DNA of 64,000 bases from Octopus sinensis. Taxonomy: Eukaryota. Below, piece after piece: positions 25,808 through 37,656 of the stretch; position 1 is the stretch's first letter, and every line of letters begins with the position of its first letter. Below the pieces are notes generated by a model. The model saw only the letters and a program-made list of their open reading frames with translations. It was not told the origin of the DNA and made no database searches. Location: the NCBI RefSeq assembly GCF_006345805.1, contig NC_042997.1, positions 37,572,001 to 37,636,000 on the forward strand. The letters are read 5' to 3'. Both the position numbers and the translations under genes were made by a program.

Positions 25808-25983
25808 ATATATATGTGCGTATGTGTGTATGTGTGTATATCCATGTCTGTATCTTTGCGGGTTTTAGATGGATGGTGCGTGTCTGTGTGTATGTGTGTG
25901 TATGTGTGTATATCCATGTCTTTGTATTTTTGCGGGGTTTAGATGGATGGATATGTGTGTCGGCGTGTGTGGAAGGATGGTGC

Positions 25984-26014
<31 letters not shown>

Positions 26015-26529
26015 TGTGTGGCATGCTTTCATCTGTTTACTACTTAACTGTAAGCAATATTTTCTGTCGTTATTATCCAATGCATATAATGTTTATTAGA
26101 GAATCAAAGAGATTTTTATTAAAACAATACTGCCTGTTATTATAGCGCTGAAATAATTAAATACTCCGAAAACCTTTGTATATGCACCTTAATATTTCAT
26201 CCATGAAACTAAAGAACTTTGCTTTTCACTTAGAAAGGAATATGTATACAATGGATCCCATAGCTGTAAAAAATGTTTTTAAAGAAATTAATATTTATTC
26301 CACTGCCCTACACACACTTCAGTCGTCATATGGATTACAAATAATTTGTTAAATGAAAACAAACGATGACCTCCTCATGGATTTAATAAAACCGTCCATA
26401 TCAAAAGCTACATTCCTCAGCATATTTGGTTACGCTTCTGCGCGCATGTAACTCATTTTGTACGAGTGTCTATGTGAACTTGTGTGTGTGTGCATAAATA
26501 GATGTGTTTCTACGTATATCTTCAGGTAA

Positions 26530-26625
26530 TTAGATAGATGGATAGATAGATAGATACATACATACATACATACATGCATAGACAGACAGATAGGTAGATA
26601 GAAAGACAGACATATGGATAGATAA

Positions 26626-26668
<43 letters not shown>

Positions 26669-26725
26669 GATAGATAGATAGACAGATAGATAGATAGATA
26701 GATAGATAGACAGATAGATAGATAG

Positions 26726-26756
<31 letters not shown>

Positions 26757-26835
26757 TAGATAGATAGAGAAATAGATATATAGATATATAGATAGATAAT
26801 AGATAGATAGATAGATAGATAGATTGATAGATAGA
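26530..26835. repeat. (TAGA)n tetranucleotide microsatellite
   Basis: Directly visible; source of the LSIY ORFs. Confidence 0.97.
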
Positions 26836-27212
26836 TAACTTTCTTTATTGGCCACACAGGGCTGAACACAGAGGGGACAAATACAAATGTAGAGCTTTTC
26901 TTTTCGAAGATGGATAAAGAAAAAGGGGGGGGAAGGATAGATGGATAGGGAGAGAGAGAGAGAGATGTAAAGTAACGTACTTAGTCGTGCTAATGATATA
27001 AACAAGAGGGCATGTTGCACCAAAAACCAATATGGGTGTTTCTCTAATTATAACAAACACAGTATAGTTTGTTTTAATAGAACATTCCCGTTTAAGAGCG
27101 GATAAACAATATCTCTCACTATTAATACAGCTCATGTCTCTAATAAACGTTTCTTAAGAAGTTCATTGGCTAATCGCGATTCTAGCGCCTCTTCTCGCAC
27201 TGTTGTTCTATA

Positions 27213-27240
27213 CTAGCAGTATAACCCGGTTTTGCCCGGG
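27213..27240 (-). mobile_element. Helitron 3' terminus (hairpin + CTAG|T)
   Basis: a|ctagcagtataacccggttttgcccggg, the same end as at 31179. Confidence 0.55.
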
Positions 27241-27312
27241 ATTTAGTTAGGACTATTAATTTAATCAAGTTCTTTATTTCAAACCAAACTAAGAAACATA
27301 TATATGTGTTGC

Positions 27313-27354
<42 letters not shown>

Positions 27355-27495
27355 GCAACACACACATGCACACACGTACATACGTAAGCCTATTGCATAC
27401 ATGTTTTTTGTACGCATACATGTTCGTGTGTGTATGAGTGTGTGTGTGCGCGCGTGCGTGCGTGTGTGCGTCTGTATGTGTATGTGTGTGCGAGC

Positions 27496-27540
<45 letters not shown>

Positions 27541-27859
27541 CGTTGCCTGTATATCAACAAAACACTTTCTTCCCCGATGGAAAAAAGCAACAAATGTCTT
27601 AAGAATAACTTGCTCCTCGCTAGAAGGGGACTTAACTCCTTGAAAATCGTTAAAAATTTATTTTTACTGCTATTCGCTGGTGCCTGTGGGAAAACTAAGT
27701 TAACGAAATTACAGCTAGGTTCATGACGAATGTTCTCCTAAAGTTAAAGATCATTTTGGATCATTAGTATATTATTATCTCCCCTTCTTCCTAGCTCTTG
27801 TCCAACTACCTTTTTCCACCCAGTCGCCATGATAGACCGGTAAATCCACAAAGGTATTA

Positions 27860-28010
27860 TTTCATTTCCTCGTATTCCTTTCTGTCGAAGAGCATAGGCT
27901 CGAAACGTAAAAGACTTTCTCACTCCCACGAGTGTCAAAGTAATACTCCTGCTTGTTGTTTATACACCTGTGTCGGTCTTTTGTTTGTTTTCTGTAAATT
28001 TCAACTATGT
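27860..28010 (+). mobile_element. Second copy of the CTGTNGA hammerhead-like repeat (motif 27878-27913)
   Basis: cttt CTGTCGA a gagc-atag-gctc GAA ACGT A aaag. Confidence 0.75.
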
Positions 28011-28252
28011 ATATGAATATATATATATATATATATGTGTGTGTGTATTTCATATATATATATATATATATTTATAAAACTATGGTAAAGTAAAAGAATT
28101 CACTTTACCACACACCGAACTTTTCAGAAATAGCAGCCAAAAAATTGGCTATTTCTTCAACTGCAAATAAAAGTCTCCAGACAATGCATACTCAGAAAAA
28201 TAACTAACATAGGATAAGGGAAAAACAATGAAGATCACATCCATATACGATA

Positions 28253-28314
28253 CCCGAGGACAGTCTGTTTCTGGATTTGTGGGTAAAACGCCACTTTTCC
28301 TTCATCAGCTCAGA
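28253..28314 (-). ncRNA. Type I hammerhead ribozyme motif, array copy 1
   Basis: Reverse complement identical to 29610-29671. Confidence 0.8.
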
Positions 28315-29053
28315 GATTTCTTCTGATTTAGATTTGAAAATACTAAGAATCAACATACTCGTCCGATATCTGTAACATCGGACAAACCAGGCCAGACACC
28401 CAGTACTAGCGAATCCAAAAATACGAATGAGATCTATTATTTCTCCCTGTCCGCCACGTGAGTCATAGAGCATTCCATTTCTACAGAGGTAAAAACTGCA
28501 GTTCAAATTCTTGGAGAGAAAGCATTATATTGTTTATCAAAAAAGGGGGTCGAATTAATTATTATCAATAAATTCGACCAAGCAGTATTCGGTATGTAAA
28601 TACCATTTACGGTATATTGAAAGTATTAATTTATAAAAATATGGTAAAGTAAAAGAATTCACTTACCACAACCGAACATTTCAGAAATAGCAGCCAAAAA
28701 ATTGGCTATTTCTCAACTGCAAATAAAAGTCTCCAGACAATGCATACTCAGAAAAATAACTCACATAGGTATAAGGGAAAAACCATGAAAGATCACATCC
28801 ATTGATACCTGAGGACTCCTTTTTTGAATAACAATATAATGCTTTCTCTCCAAGATTTGAACTGCAGTTTTTACCTCTGTAGAAATGGAATGCTCTATGA
28901 CTCACGTGGGCGGACAGAGAGAATAATAGATCTCATTCGTATTTTTGGATTCGCTAGTACTGGGTGTCTGGCATGGTTTGTCCGATGTTACAGATATCGG
29001 ACGGGTATGTTTGATTCTTAGTATTTTCAAATCTAAATCAGAAGAGAATCTCA

Positions 29054-29111
29054 GAGCTGATGAAGGAAAAGTGCGTTTTAACCCACAAACCAGAAACAGA
29101 CTGTCCTCGGG
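29054..29111 (+). ncRNA. Type I hammerhead ribozyme motif, array copy 2 (small indels in helix II)
   Basis: GAG CTGATGA ... GAAACAGACTGTC CTC; core 29057-29063, GTC at 29103-29105. Confidence 0.72.
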
Positions 29112-29609
29112 TATCGTTATGGATGTGATCTTTCATTGTTTTCCCTTATACCTATGTGAGTTATTTTTCTGAGTATGCATTGTCTGGAGACTTTTATTTG
29201 CAGTTGAAGAAATAGCCAAATTTTTGGCTGCTATTTTTGAAAAGTTCGGTGTGTGGTAAAGTGAATTCTTTCTTTACCATATTTTTATAAATTAATACTT
29301 CAAAATACCGTAAATGGTCTTTACATACAAATACCGAATGCTTTGGTCGAATTTATTGATAATAATTAATTCGACCCCCTTTTTTGATAACGATATAATG
29401 CTTTCTCTCCAAGAATTTGAACTGCAGTTTTTACCTCTGTAGAAATGGAATGCTCTATGACTCACGTGGGCGGACAGGGAGAATAATAGATCTCATTCGT
29501 ATTTTTGGATTCGCTAGTACTGGGTGTCTGGCATGGTTTGTCCGATGTTACAGATTTCGGACGGGTATGTTTGATTCTTAGTATTTTCAAATCTAAATCA
29601 GAAGAAATC

Positions 29610-29671
29610 TCTGAGCTGATGAAGGAAAAGTGGCGTTTTACCCACAAATCCAGAAACAGACTGTCCTCGGG
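29610..29671 (+). ncRNA. Type I hammerhead ribozyme motif, array copy 3
   Basis: TCTGAG CTGATGA a GGA-aaa-GTGG-cgttttac-CCAC-aaa-TCC a GAA ACAG-a-CTGT C CTCGGG. Helix I 6 bp (two G-U); predicted GUC cleavage after 29665. Confidence 0.8.
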
Positions 29672-29685
29672 TATCGTATATGGAT

Positions 29686-29772
<87 letters not shown>

Positions 29773-29876
29773 TTCATAAATATATATGTATATATAGAGA
29801 GAGCGCGACTGATGTAATATAGATATATAAGAATATATGTATATGTATATACAAGTATGTATGTATGTATATGTAT

Positions 29877-29913
<37 letters not shown>

Positions 29914-30659
29914 GTAAAAGTACATATGTATGCTTGTATATGCGTGCATATGCTTGAATATGTGTGTATGTGTGTGTACATATATATATACATCTGTATA
30001 TATACATGCTTACTTGTGTGTGTGTTGTGTGTGTGTGTGTGTTTGTGTGTTTATGTGTGTGTGTGTGCGTGTGTGTTTAGTTATTTGTGTCAGAAGTATT
30101 ATAGTTCGAAATGACGACATAACATTTCACATGGCGTGTACTGTTTATAGCTTAATTTATTCATTCATTCATTCATTCAATCGATCAATCAATCAACTTA
30201 ATTTGCAATACTTCTATCAAGCACCAACACTTCCTTTTACAAAATTAATGGATGAATTCTATTTAACTCTTGAAACAGTAAATCCGATATTGCAAGTTTA
30301 TATTCATAAGCGTAGAACAACAGGTGTATTATTTACAAATTTCTTAATCTGTGAATTGTGACTAGTTAAGAACTTCAGTTTTATTACTATAAATTTTGAT
30401 AACTCAGGAAAGCTACAGGGCATCCTTATTATTATACTCGAATCTCTGGCACGATAAGCTTTTGACAACTGACAACTAATTGGGTTAATACTACATTAGA
30501 ACATTCACGTTTTGCCATTGCTCGACATACATCGTAAGCGTGCGGACGATAAGCATTGCGACCAACTTATAGATTTGTATATAAATACAAATATATACAT
30601 ATATATATAGAGAGAGAGGGATACATGTATATATATATATATAAATATATAATAATAAA

Positions 30660-30990
30660 TATTAGGGAATAAATCCAAATTTACAGGGAAAAAATCAGAT
30701 TTAGGATTAAATCCAATTTTATAGTAAAATATTATATAATATTATTAGAGACAAAACCACTATTTTGCAAAACAAACAATCTTCAGGTGGACTTCCAATT
30801 TTCAAGTCAGTTTCAAATTATGAAACTGACTTGAAAATTGGAAGTCCACCTGAAGATTGTCGATCAAGACAAGAAACAATTGTAGTGGCGGTTTTTTTGA
30901 ATTTTTATTAAAATTTTATGTATTGATTAAGTCTTTCCTTGTTTGTTTTGCAAAATAGTGGTTTTGTCTCTAATAATATTATATATATAA
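30660..30990. mobile_element. Foldback arrangement of a pLTR-like repeat containing a perfect 40-bp hairpin
   Basis: 30776-30815 is the exact reverse complement of 30821-30860 (loop aatta). Outer inverted match ~30738-30778 / 30939-30980. Confidence 0.85.
30846..30888 (+). ncRNA. Canonical minimal type I hammerhead with palindromic helix III
   Basis: CCAC CTGAAGA TTGTC-gatcaa-GACAA GAA ACAATTGT A GTGG; predicted GUA cleavage after 30884. Confidence 0.82.
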
Positions 30991-31178
30991 TATATTATAT
31001 ATATCATATATATGTGTGTTTTTCAAATAGCGTTGAAAGACATACGCATATATTATTCATATATGCTTACATGAATAAGTGTGTATATCTATATACGCAC
31101 ACACTTATAATATATATCATATATATGAGTTTGTGTGTCAAAGAGCGTTTAAAGACATACGCTTATTTTATTCATATA

Positions 31179-31562
31179 CTAGCAGTATCGCCCGGCGTTG
31201 CTCAGGTTTGTAAGGGAAATAACTATAAAGCATTTTTAGAGAGTTATAGCCAAATAATAGCAAAAAAATGGGAAAAAAATGATGGTAAATTTTTTTTGAG
31301 AGTTAAAAAAGGTGGAGTTGCGTCCCCTAGACGGTCTGTGGTTTGGGTTTCCGATTCTCGACCCCATGTCGAATTTATCGATTTTTTTCAGAACATGGGG
31401 AACTTTTCAAAATTTTCGCTGCGTTAGTTTTGAATTATGACATTGGGCTATGTGTGTGTCAAGTTTCATCAGAATCGGTTGAAAGCCGTGGTCAGAGTGA
31501 GGGTACGAGAAAACAGACACACAGAAAACGCACAGACAAACTGCCGTTTATATAGAGAGAGA
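31179..31562 (-). mobile_element. Non-autonomous Helitron (~385 bp)
   Basis: Minus strand starts A|TCTCTCTCTATATAAACGGC and ends ...gcaacgccgggcgatactgCTAG|T: TC and CTAG termini, an A|T target and a subterminal GC hairpin. Confidence 0.75.
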
Positions 31563-31822
31563 TACTTACACATAGAAAGACACGCGTACACACATATACG
31601 CACATACACACACATGTATAAAATCCTGATATTAACGATACATATAATTTTCATGCACACCTATCCATACACTAACGTACACCGACTCTTAAACCAACAT
31701 ATATACCCTTATGTACATCTAAGCATATAACCAGTCAAACGGTTATAAACAGATATTTACAAAATGCATTGCAGTTTTAAGGAAACGGGTGAAGAGAAAA
31801 ATAACATTCATATTCGTGTCGG

Positions 31823-32215
31823 GGTAAGTAGCTTGCTAACCAACCACATGGTTCCGGGTTCAGTCCCACTGCGTTGCACCTTGGGCAAGTGTCTTCTGCT
31901 ATAGCCCCGGGCCGACCAATGCCTTTTGAGTGGATTTGGTAGACGGAAACTGAAAGAAGCCCGTCGTATATATGTATATATATATATGTGTGTGTGTGTG
32001 TATGTTTGTGTGTCTGTGTTTGTCCCCGTAGCATTGCTTGACAACCGATGCCGGTGTATTTACGTCCCCGTTACTTAGCGGTTCGGCAAAAGAGACCGAT
32101 AGAATAAGTACTGGGCTTACAAAGAATAAGTCCTTGGGTCGAGTTGCTTGATTAAAGGCGGTGCTCCAGCATGGCCGCAGTCAAATGACTGAAACAATTA
32201 AAAGAGATAAAAGAG
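31823..32215 (+). mobile_element. CORE-type tRNA-derived SINE (5' slightly truncated) with an internal (TA)/(TG) tract
   Basis: CORE-like gcaccttgggcaagtgtcttct; same family as 32490-32886. Confidence 0.88.
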
Positions 32216-32489
32216 ATATACAGTCGTACATGTACACACACAGTCAGGCGCATTGAAGTACACACGCCAAAAATATTACTAGCACGTCCGTGCATGATCA
32301 ACCCGAGCCTGTTTCACTGTACTACATTCCCAATTGACAACATATGTACATATACCACGTGTAAACACGACAAATGCTGTATGAGTGAGTGAGTGTGTCT
32401 TTGTCTGTGTGTGTATGTGTGTGTACCTGTGGGAAGGAGTGAAAACGTTCCATTAATCAGCTAAATAATGAATAAATTAATTAATGATA

Positions 32490-32886
32490 GGAGCAGGAGT
32501 TGCTGTGTGGTAAGTAGTTTGCTTAACAACCACATGATTCCGGGTTCAGTCCTCATGCGTTGCACCTTGGGCAAGTGTCTTCTACTATAGCCTCGGACCG
32601 ACCAAAGCCTTGTGAGTAGATTTGGTAGACGGAAACTGAAAGAAGCCCGTCGTATTATGTATATGTATAAATATGTGTGTTTGTGTGTCTGTGTCCCATC
32701 AACATCACTTGACAACAGATGCTGGTGAGTTTACGTCAATGTAACTTAGCAGTTCGGCAAAAGACACCGATAGAATAAGTACTAGGCTTCCAAAGAATAA
32801 TTCCTGGGGTCGATTTGCTCGACTAAAGGCGGTGCTCCAACATGGCCGCAGTCAAATGACTGAAAAAAGTAATAGAGTAAAAGAGA
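32490..32886 (+). mobile_element. CORE-type tRNA-derived SINE, full length
   Basis: Head ggagcaggagttgctgtgtggtaag, B-box-like ggttcagtcc, CORE-like block, (AGAGTAAA)-type tail. Confidence 0.88.
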
Positions 32887-33851
32887 GTATACAATTGAAA
32901 TATAGTGCTTATGATTCTCATTGGATAAACAACAATTTATCCTCCAATATATGAATTCACATAATGAATCTAGCAATCGCATCTCTCTCTTTTCCTGTCT
33001 TTCCTCCTTCCTGTCTTTCTTTCTTTCTATCCCTCTCTCTCACTCCCACTCTCTCAATCCCACTCTCTCTCTCTCTCTGTCTCTCCAAACACACAAACAG
33101 AAACAAACACAGGCTGAAAATTCTATCACTAAACGGTCACAACCAAAATAATTTCTCCAGAACCACATAAATGTGACCTATCTTTTGACATCAATATTGT
33201 CATTTCTTTTACATCGGCAAACGATGTCAAACCCGAAATTTATTCATACGACGTGGTAATTAACGGATAGTACAATCAATTTCCGAACGACCCGTACGCT
33301 AGTTATACTTATGTTGGCACTAAAAAAAAAAACAAATTGACTTACCTCATTCAAATAAACATAATGATTAAGATTTTATATGTCGTTAGTCACTCATGGA
33401 AATTTAAAATATTCTATATAAAATATTTATTCACTTTCTAACCGGAACGAAACGATTAAATTTTTGACAAATATCAGCATATAAAAAATTTCAAACGTGA
33501 AGTACCATTAATCTTATTAACGATAGATCCCAACGAGTAATATATATCGTAAATACGTAATGCTCTACTTTTCTTTACAACATCAAATCTCCAAACTGAC
33601 AAACCTTATTCATAAAATTTACACAACACAGAATCTAGTGATAATGTGAAAATAAAACTTACCCTATTCTGTAAACAACTGAAGCCCATTACTTTTTATA
33701 CAAAAGATCACTTTCAAATAAAATCAGTATTTACCGCCCTACGAGAAGCTGTTAGTACATTGTCATTCATCTTGGAAAACTATCAAACAACCCTTGTCAA
33801 ACATGTTACGGTTATTTAGAATATAAAAAAACTATCTAATATGGATGAAGG

Positions 33852-33893
<42 letters not shown>

Positions 33894-34188
33894 TGTGAAC
33901 GTTTGAAAGCACATAGTGATTTATTGATGCGCATACATACATGCATACATGATGATGGCAGTCCACTCTTGAATCGAGAAAAACCATCACTGACTTTTAA
34001 GAACATTGTGCGCTCAAGACTACCTTATACTTTACACTTTCTGCTCTGTTGGTGACTAACGATCCCTGCGTTTTGACAAACATACACGACCGCAAACATT
34101 ACAGACCAAGTTTTCCCCCCATTCATTTCACTAGCATTACATTCATTCATACATACATACATACATACATACAGACATGCATACATAC

Positions 34189-34232
<44 letters not shown>

Positions 34233-34259
34233 TTATCATATATATATATATATTATATA

Positions 34260-34301
<42 letters not shown>

Positions 34302-34394
34302 TTATCGATACATACACAAATACACACATCCGTATGTATGTATGTATGTATGCATGCATGCAACATTCTTACAGCAGTTGAAGTAAACTAGCAA

Positions 34395-35345
34395 TCTGAT
34401 ATATATATGGATATGTCCAGATACAAAATATTTGCAATGCAATTATCAATATGTATATTTAAAATGTTATTGAACTTTCATCTTCTCGTTTGTATGAGAC
34501 ACTATGAAGGTTTATTCAATGTGCCATGCTATCTCCCCAAATTTTATCGTGCTGGATAATAATACCGTAATATTCAACAGGTACCAGCCTTATTCAGATG
34601 GTAAATGATTGTTTAATATACTTGATGTTAACTACGATGCCAAAGATTCTACAGATGCAACTTAATTTCCAATTCAAAATATGCAGCTAAAAATAGGTGC
34701 ACCTATTACGTTGCTAGGAAATGTTGATATATAGTGTCACTTAAAAGTCTAGCTTCCAAAACTACAAAGCCATAAGCAACTGAAACGAACCTTACGACCA
34801 TTTGAACCAAAATAGATGTTTTTACGGGATGCAGTCAACACATCCCCTAAGATATATTATTTCAGTTCAACCGATAAGAATTTTCGGTGACTTATTTTTC
34901 TATGATCATCGAGGAATCCAAGAGGGAGTCCTTCAGGATTATTCGAGCTGAATTTAGAACAATATTTTTCTTTCTCACATTCAGTTTTATATATTATTTA
35001 CAGATGTTAAACAGTGGAAATATTTTTTTAACAAATCATCAAATCGCTTTCATTAATCTTCATATTACCGTCATAAATATTACCTATTTTATAATACGAA
35101 ACAATTTTGAAGTACAAGAAAATATATATTATAAAATATTAAAATATTTTAATAGTTACATATTAAAAGGAATAATAAGCGCATGATATAAATAGTTTTA
35201 CACCACAAAGTCTTGGAATACTTCAAATATCCGCATCACAATAAATATATGCAAATACTTCACATAAAAAATCATTGCAAATTAATTCTTCAATAAAGAT
35301 TTTTTCCTACTTATTCGACAACTTGGCAACGCCGGGTACATCTAG
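34395..35345 (+). mobile_element. Possible non-autonomous Helitron; 3' end supported, 5' end tentative
   Basis: ggcaacgccgggtacatCTAG at 35325-35345 matches the family end; putative A|TC start at 34395. Confidence 0.4.
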
Positions 35346-36575
35346 AGTACGTATGAGTCCGTGTGTGTGTGCGTGTGTGTTTGTATTAGTACAGAATTTT
35401 CAAGTTTCTAAATCAAATCCTATATATTTACCAATATTTACGTCAAGTATTTTATCAATTCATTATTATGGCTATTCTCCACTAGTATGTTATATTATGC
35501 ATTATTTGCAGAAATTACACTCACGAGATAACTTTTAAATTGTTGTTCATAGAGATAAGCATAAGCTGCACAAGGTATATCATTATTCCAACGAGAACTT
35601 CTAATGTGCACATTATTGCTGATTATAATATCAACACCGTGTCATAAAACTCTATAGTAAAATAATTGATTTCTTCATCCAATGCACTATTGAATTGTTC
35701 CCCTAATATTACTTCGTATAACAAGATTCCAAGTAATTGACATTCATGTAAGATATAAAATTCTGGTTTTTAACTGCTAGAGGATTTAGCTAATGTAAAG
35801 TAAGGATTATGCGTTTACAAATTAAAATTAACTTTGCTTATCATTTCTCAAATGGAATTTTAATTGGCTTCATCTTGGCACTAAAACAGCTCGTCAACTT
35901 GGTTGGCAAAAAAATTTACCTCTTGATTCATGTCGCTCTTATATCATATTTATATAAGTTTCTTGATATATCATAAACTTTTTCCCAGCTTGCAGTATTA
36001 TTTCCTTTTATATTTATATGGTATTTATATTCAAATGAAAGAAGTAATATAGTTAAACTGTAATGGAATATCCTATAATTATTCATTTCATATCATATTC
36101 GTATTACCAAGCTCATATTGGTAGTTGATGACTAGGATAGATATTCAATCCATTGTATGAGAATATATTACTTTTGCAGCTTCATTATTCTCTGAAAACT
36201 GAAATGCAATATTTATATTACGAACTCGGATGAATAAAAAAAAACTTGAAATTCATTTTCAACTTGGCGTCATTTCAACGTTTATTGCCTCCATATATGT
36301 GAATGTGATTAGACGTAAGCGAACTTAAAATATATTTGTGGACCAGCTTCTAAAAGCAAGCTGACTGCAGTTGCTGTGGTGAAGAAGAAGAAAATTCTCC
36401 GTTAAAAAGCTGTAAAAACAGCATATCTACTCAATGTTGACCTGTATCGGATTCCCAAGCATCTTTTGGATTTTTCTTGTCCATTTTCTTATGTGTGTGT
36501 GTGTGTTGCATACATGGATGAATACATTTACAATGATACTTCACTCAATATTACTTTGCTTTACATATATATATG

Positions 36576-36755
36576 TTTCTTTATTACCCACAAGGGGCTA
36601 AACACAGAGGGGACAAACAAGGACAGACAAAGGGATTAAGTCGATTACATCGACCCCAGTGCGTAACTGGTACTTAATTTATCGACCCTGAAAGGATGAA
36701 AGGCAAAGTCAACCTCGGTGGAATTTGAACTCAGAACGTAACGACAGACGAAATT
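36576..36755 (-). mobile_element. Family-A SINE fragment
   Basis: Reverse complement of the 40160-40340 core. Confidence 0.88.
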
Positions 36756-36863
36756 ACATATATATATGTATACGCGTGTGTGTCTGTGTGTGTGTGTGTG
36801 TGTGTCGTTTGTAGAAATACATGAACACGGAGGAGAAGTACACCCTAAGATGCAAAGCAGTTG

Positions 36864-37269
36864 ATATTATAATGGGGAACGCCTGTTTATGAGGCTATCC
36901 TGATTTTCTCGCCCATTAGGGGTTTAGCCTTACGGCGTTTCTTCAGACCTGCAACACAGCTGGCCTAAGACCTCTTCAAAATATGGAGGGGGGAAAATGA
37001 CTCGCTATAAAGGTAAACACTGGGTGATTATTTCCATTTGTCATTGGCCATCGAGCTTCGGCTGCACCGCCATCTTTCGGTCACCGAATAACCGCAAGGT
37101 AAACGATTGTCTCGCTTCGGCCTTGGCAAAAGGAATTAATCACCTAGTCATTACCCCTCCATATTTTGAAATGGTCTTATGCCAGCTATGTTCGAGGTCT
37201 GAAGATACACCGTAAGGCTAACTCTTATGAGCGAGAAACCTAGAGTAATGCCATAAACCGGCCGCCCCC

Positions 37270-37279
<10 letters not shown>
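36864..37279. mobile_element. ~415-bp foldback / MITE with arms spanning almost the whole element
   Basis: 36864-37070 versus the reverse complement of 37113-37279 (atattataatgggg / ccccattataatat; ttagccttacgg / ccgtaaggctaa; ttcaaaatatggagggg / cccctccatattttgaa), about 75-80% identical, TA-rich ends. Confidence 0.85.
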
Positions 37280-37335
<56 letters not shown>

Positions 37336-37571
37336 ATATATATGTATATATATATATATATTATATATATATATATATATACATACATAAGAACTCTCCC
37401 GTGCACCAAATGGCAATTGCTAAAAAGCATTCGTGAAGTAAAATCATGTAGCAACACCAAATAGCGGTGCCCCAGGATGGCCACAGGTGGTGAGCTGAAA
37501 CTAGATAAAATAAAATAAAATAAAATAAAATAAATAAATACATATACATATATAAAAGAGAGTTTGTATGT

Positions 37572-37656
<85 letters not shown>

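Larger units (their letters stand above)
28071..29690. mobile_element. Tandem plus inverted array of a ~560-bp hammerhead-containing unit (retrozyme-like / Penelope pLTR-like)
   Basis: Minus arm 28813->28071 (~1.3 units) and plus arm 28814->29690 (~1.6 units). Period 559 bp (28071 vs 28630) and 560 bp (29105 vs 29665). No credible ORF; both outer ends run into (TA)n. Confidence 0.92.

Noticed and set aside
28071-29690. CRISPR-like or prokaryotic repeat array interpretation
   Set aside because: Units are ~560-bp near-identical repeats with no unique spacers, in a eukaryotic context with no cas genes.
28204-29822. Recurrent 60-105-aa ORFs in the 560-bp unit (MDSLVLGVWHGLSDV...)
   Set aside because: Frames shift between copies through 1-nt indels, starts are non-ATG or inconsistent, and no domain is recognisable. 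The unit is better explained as structured RNA.
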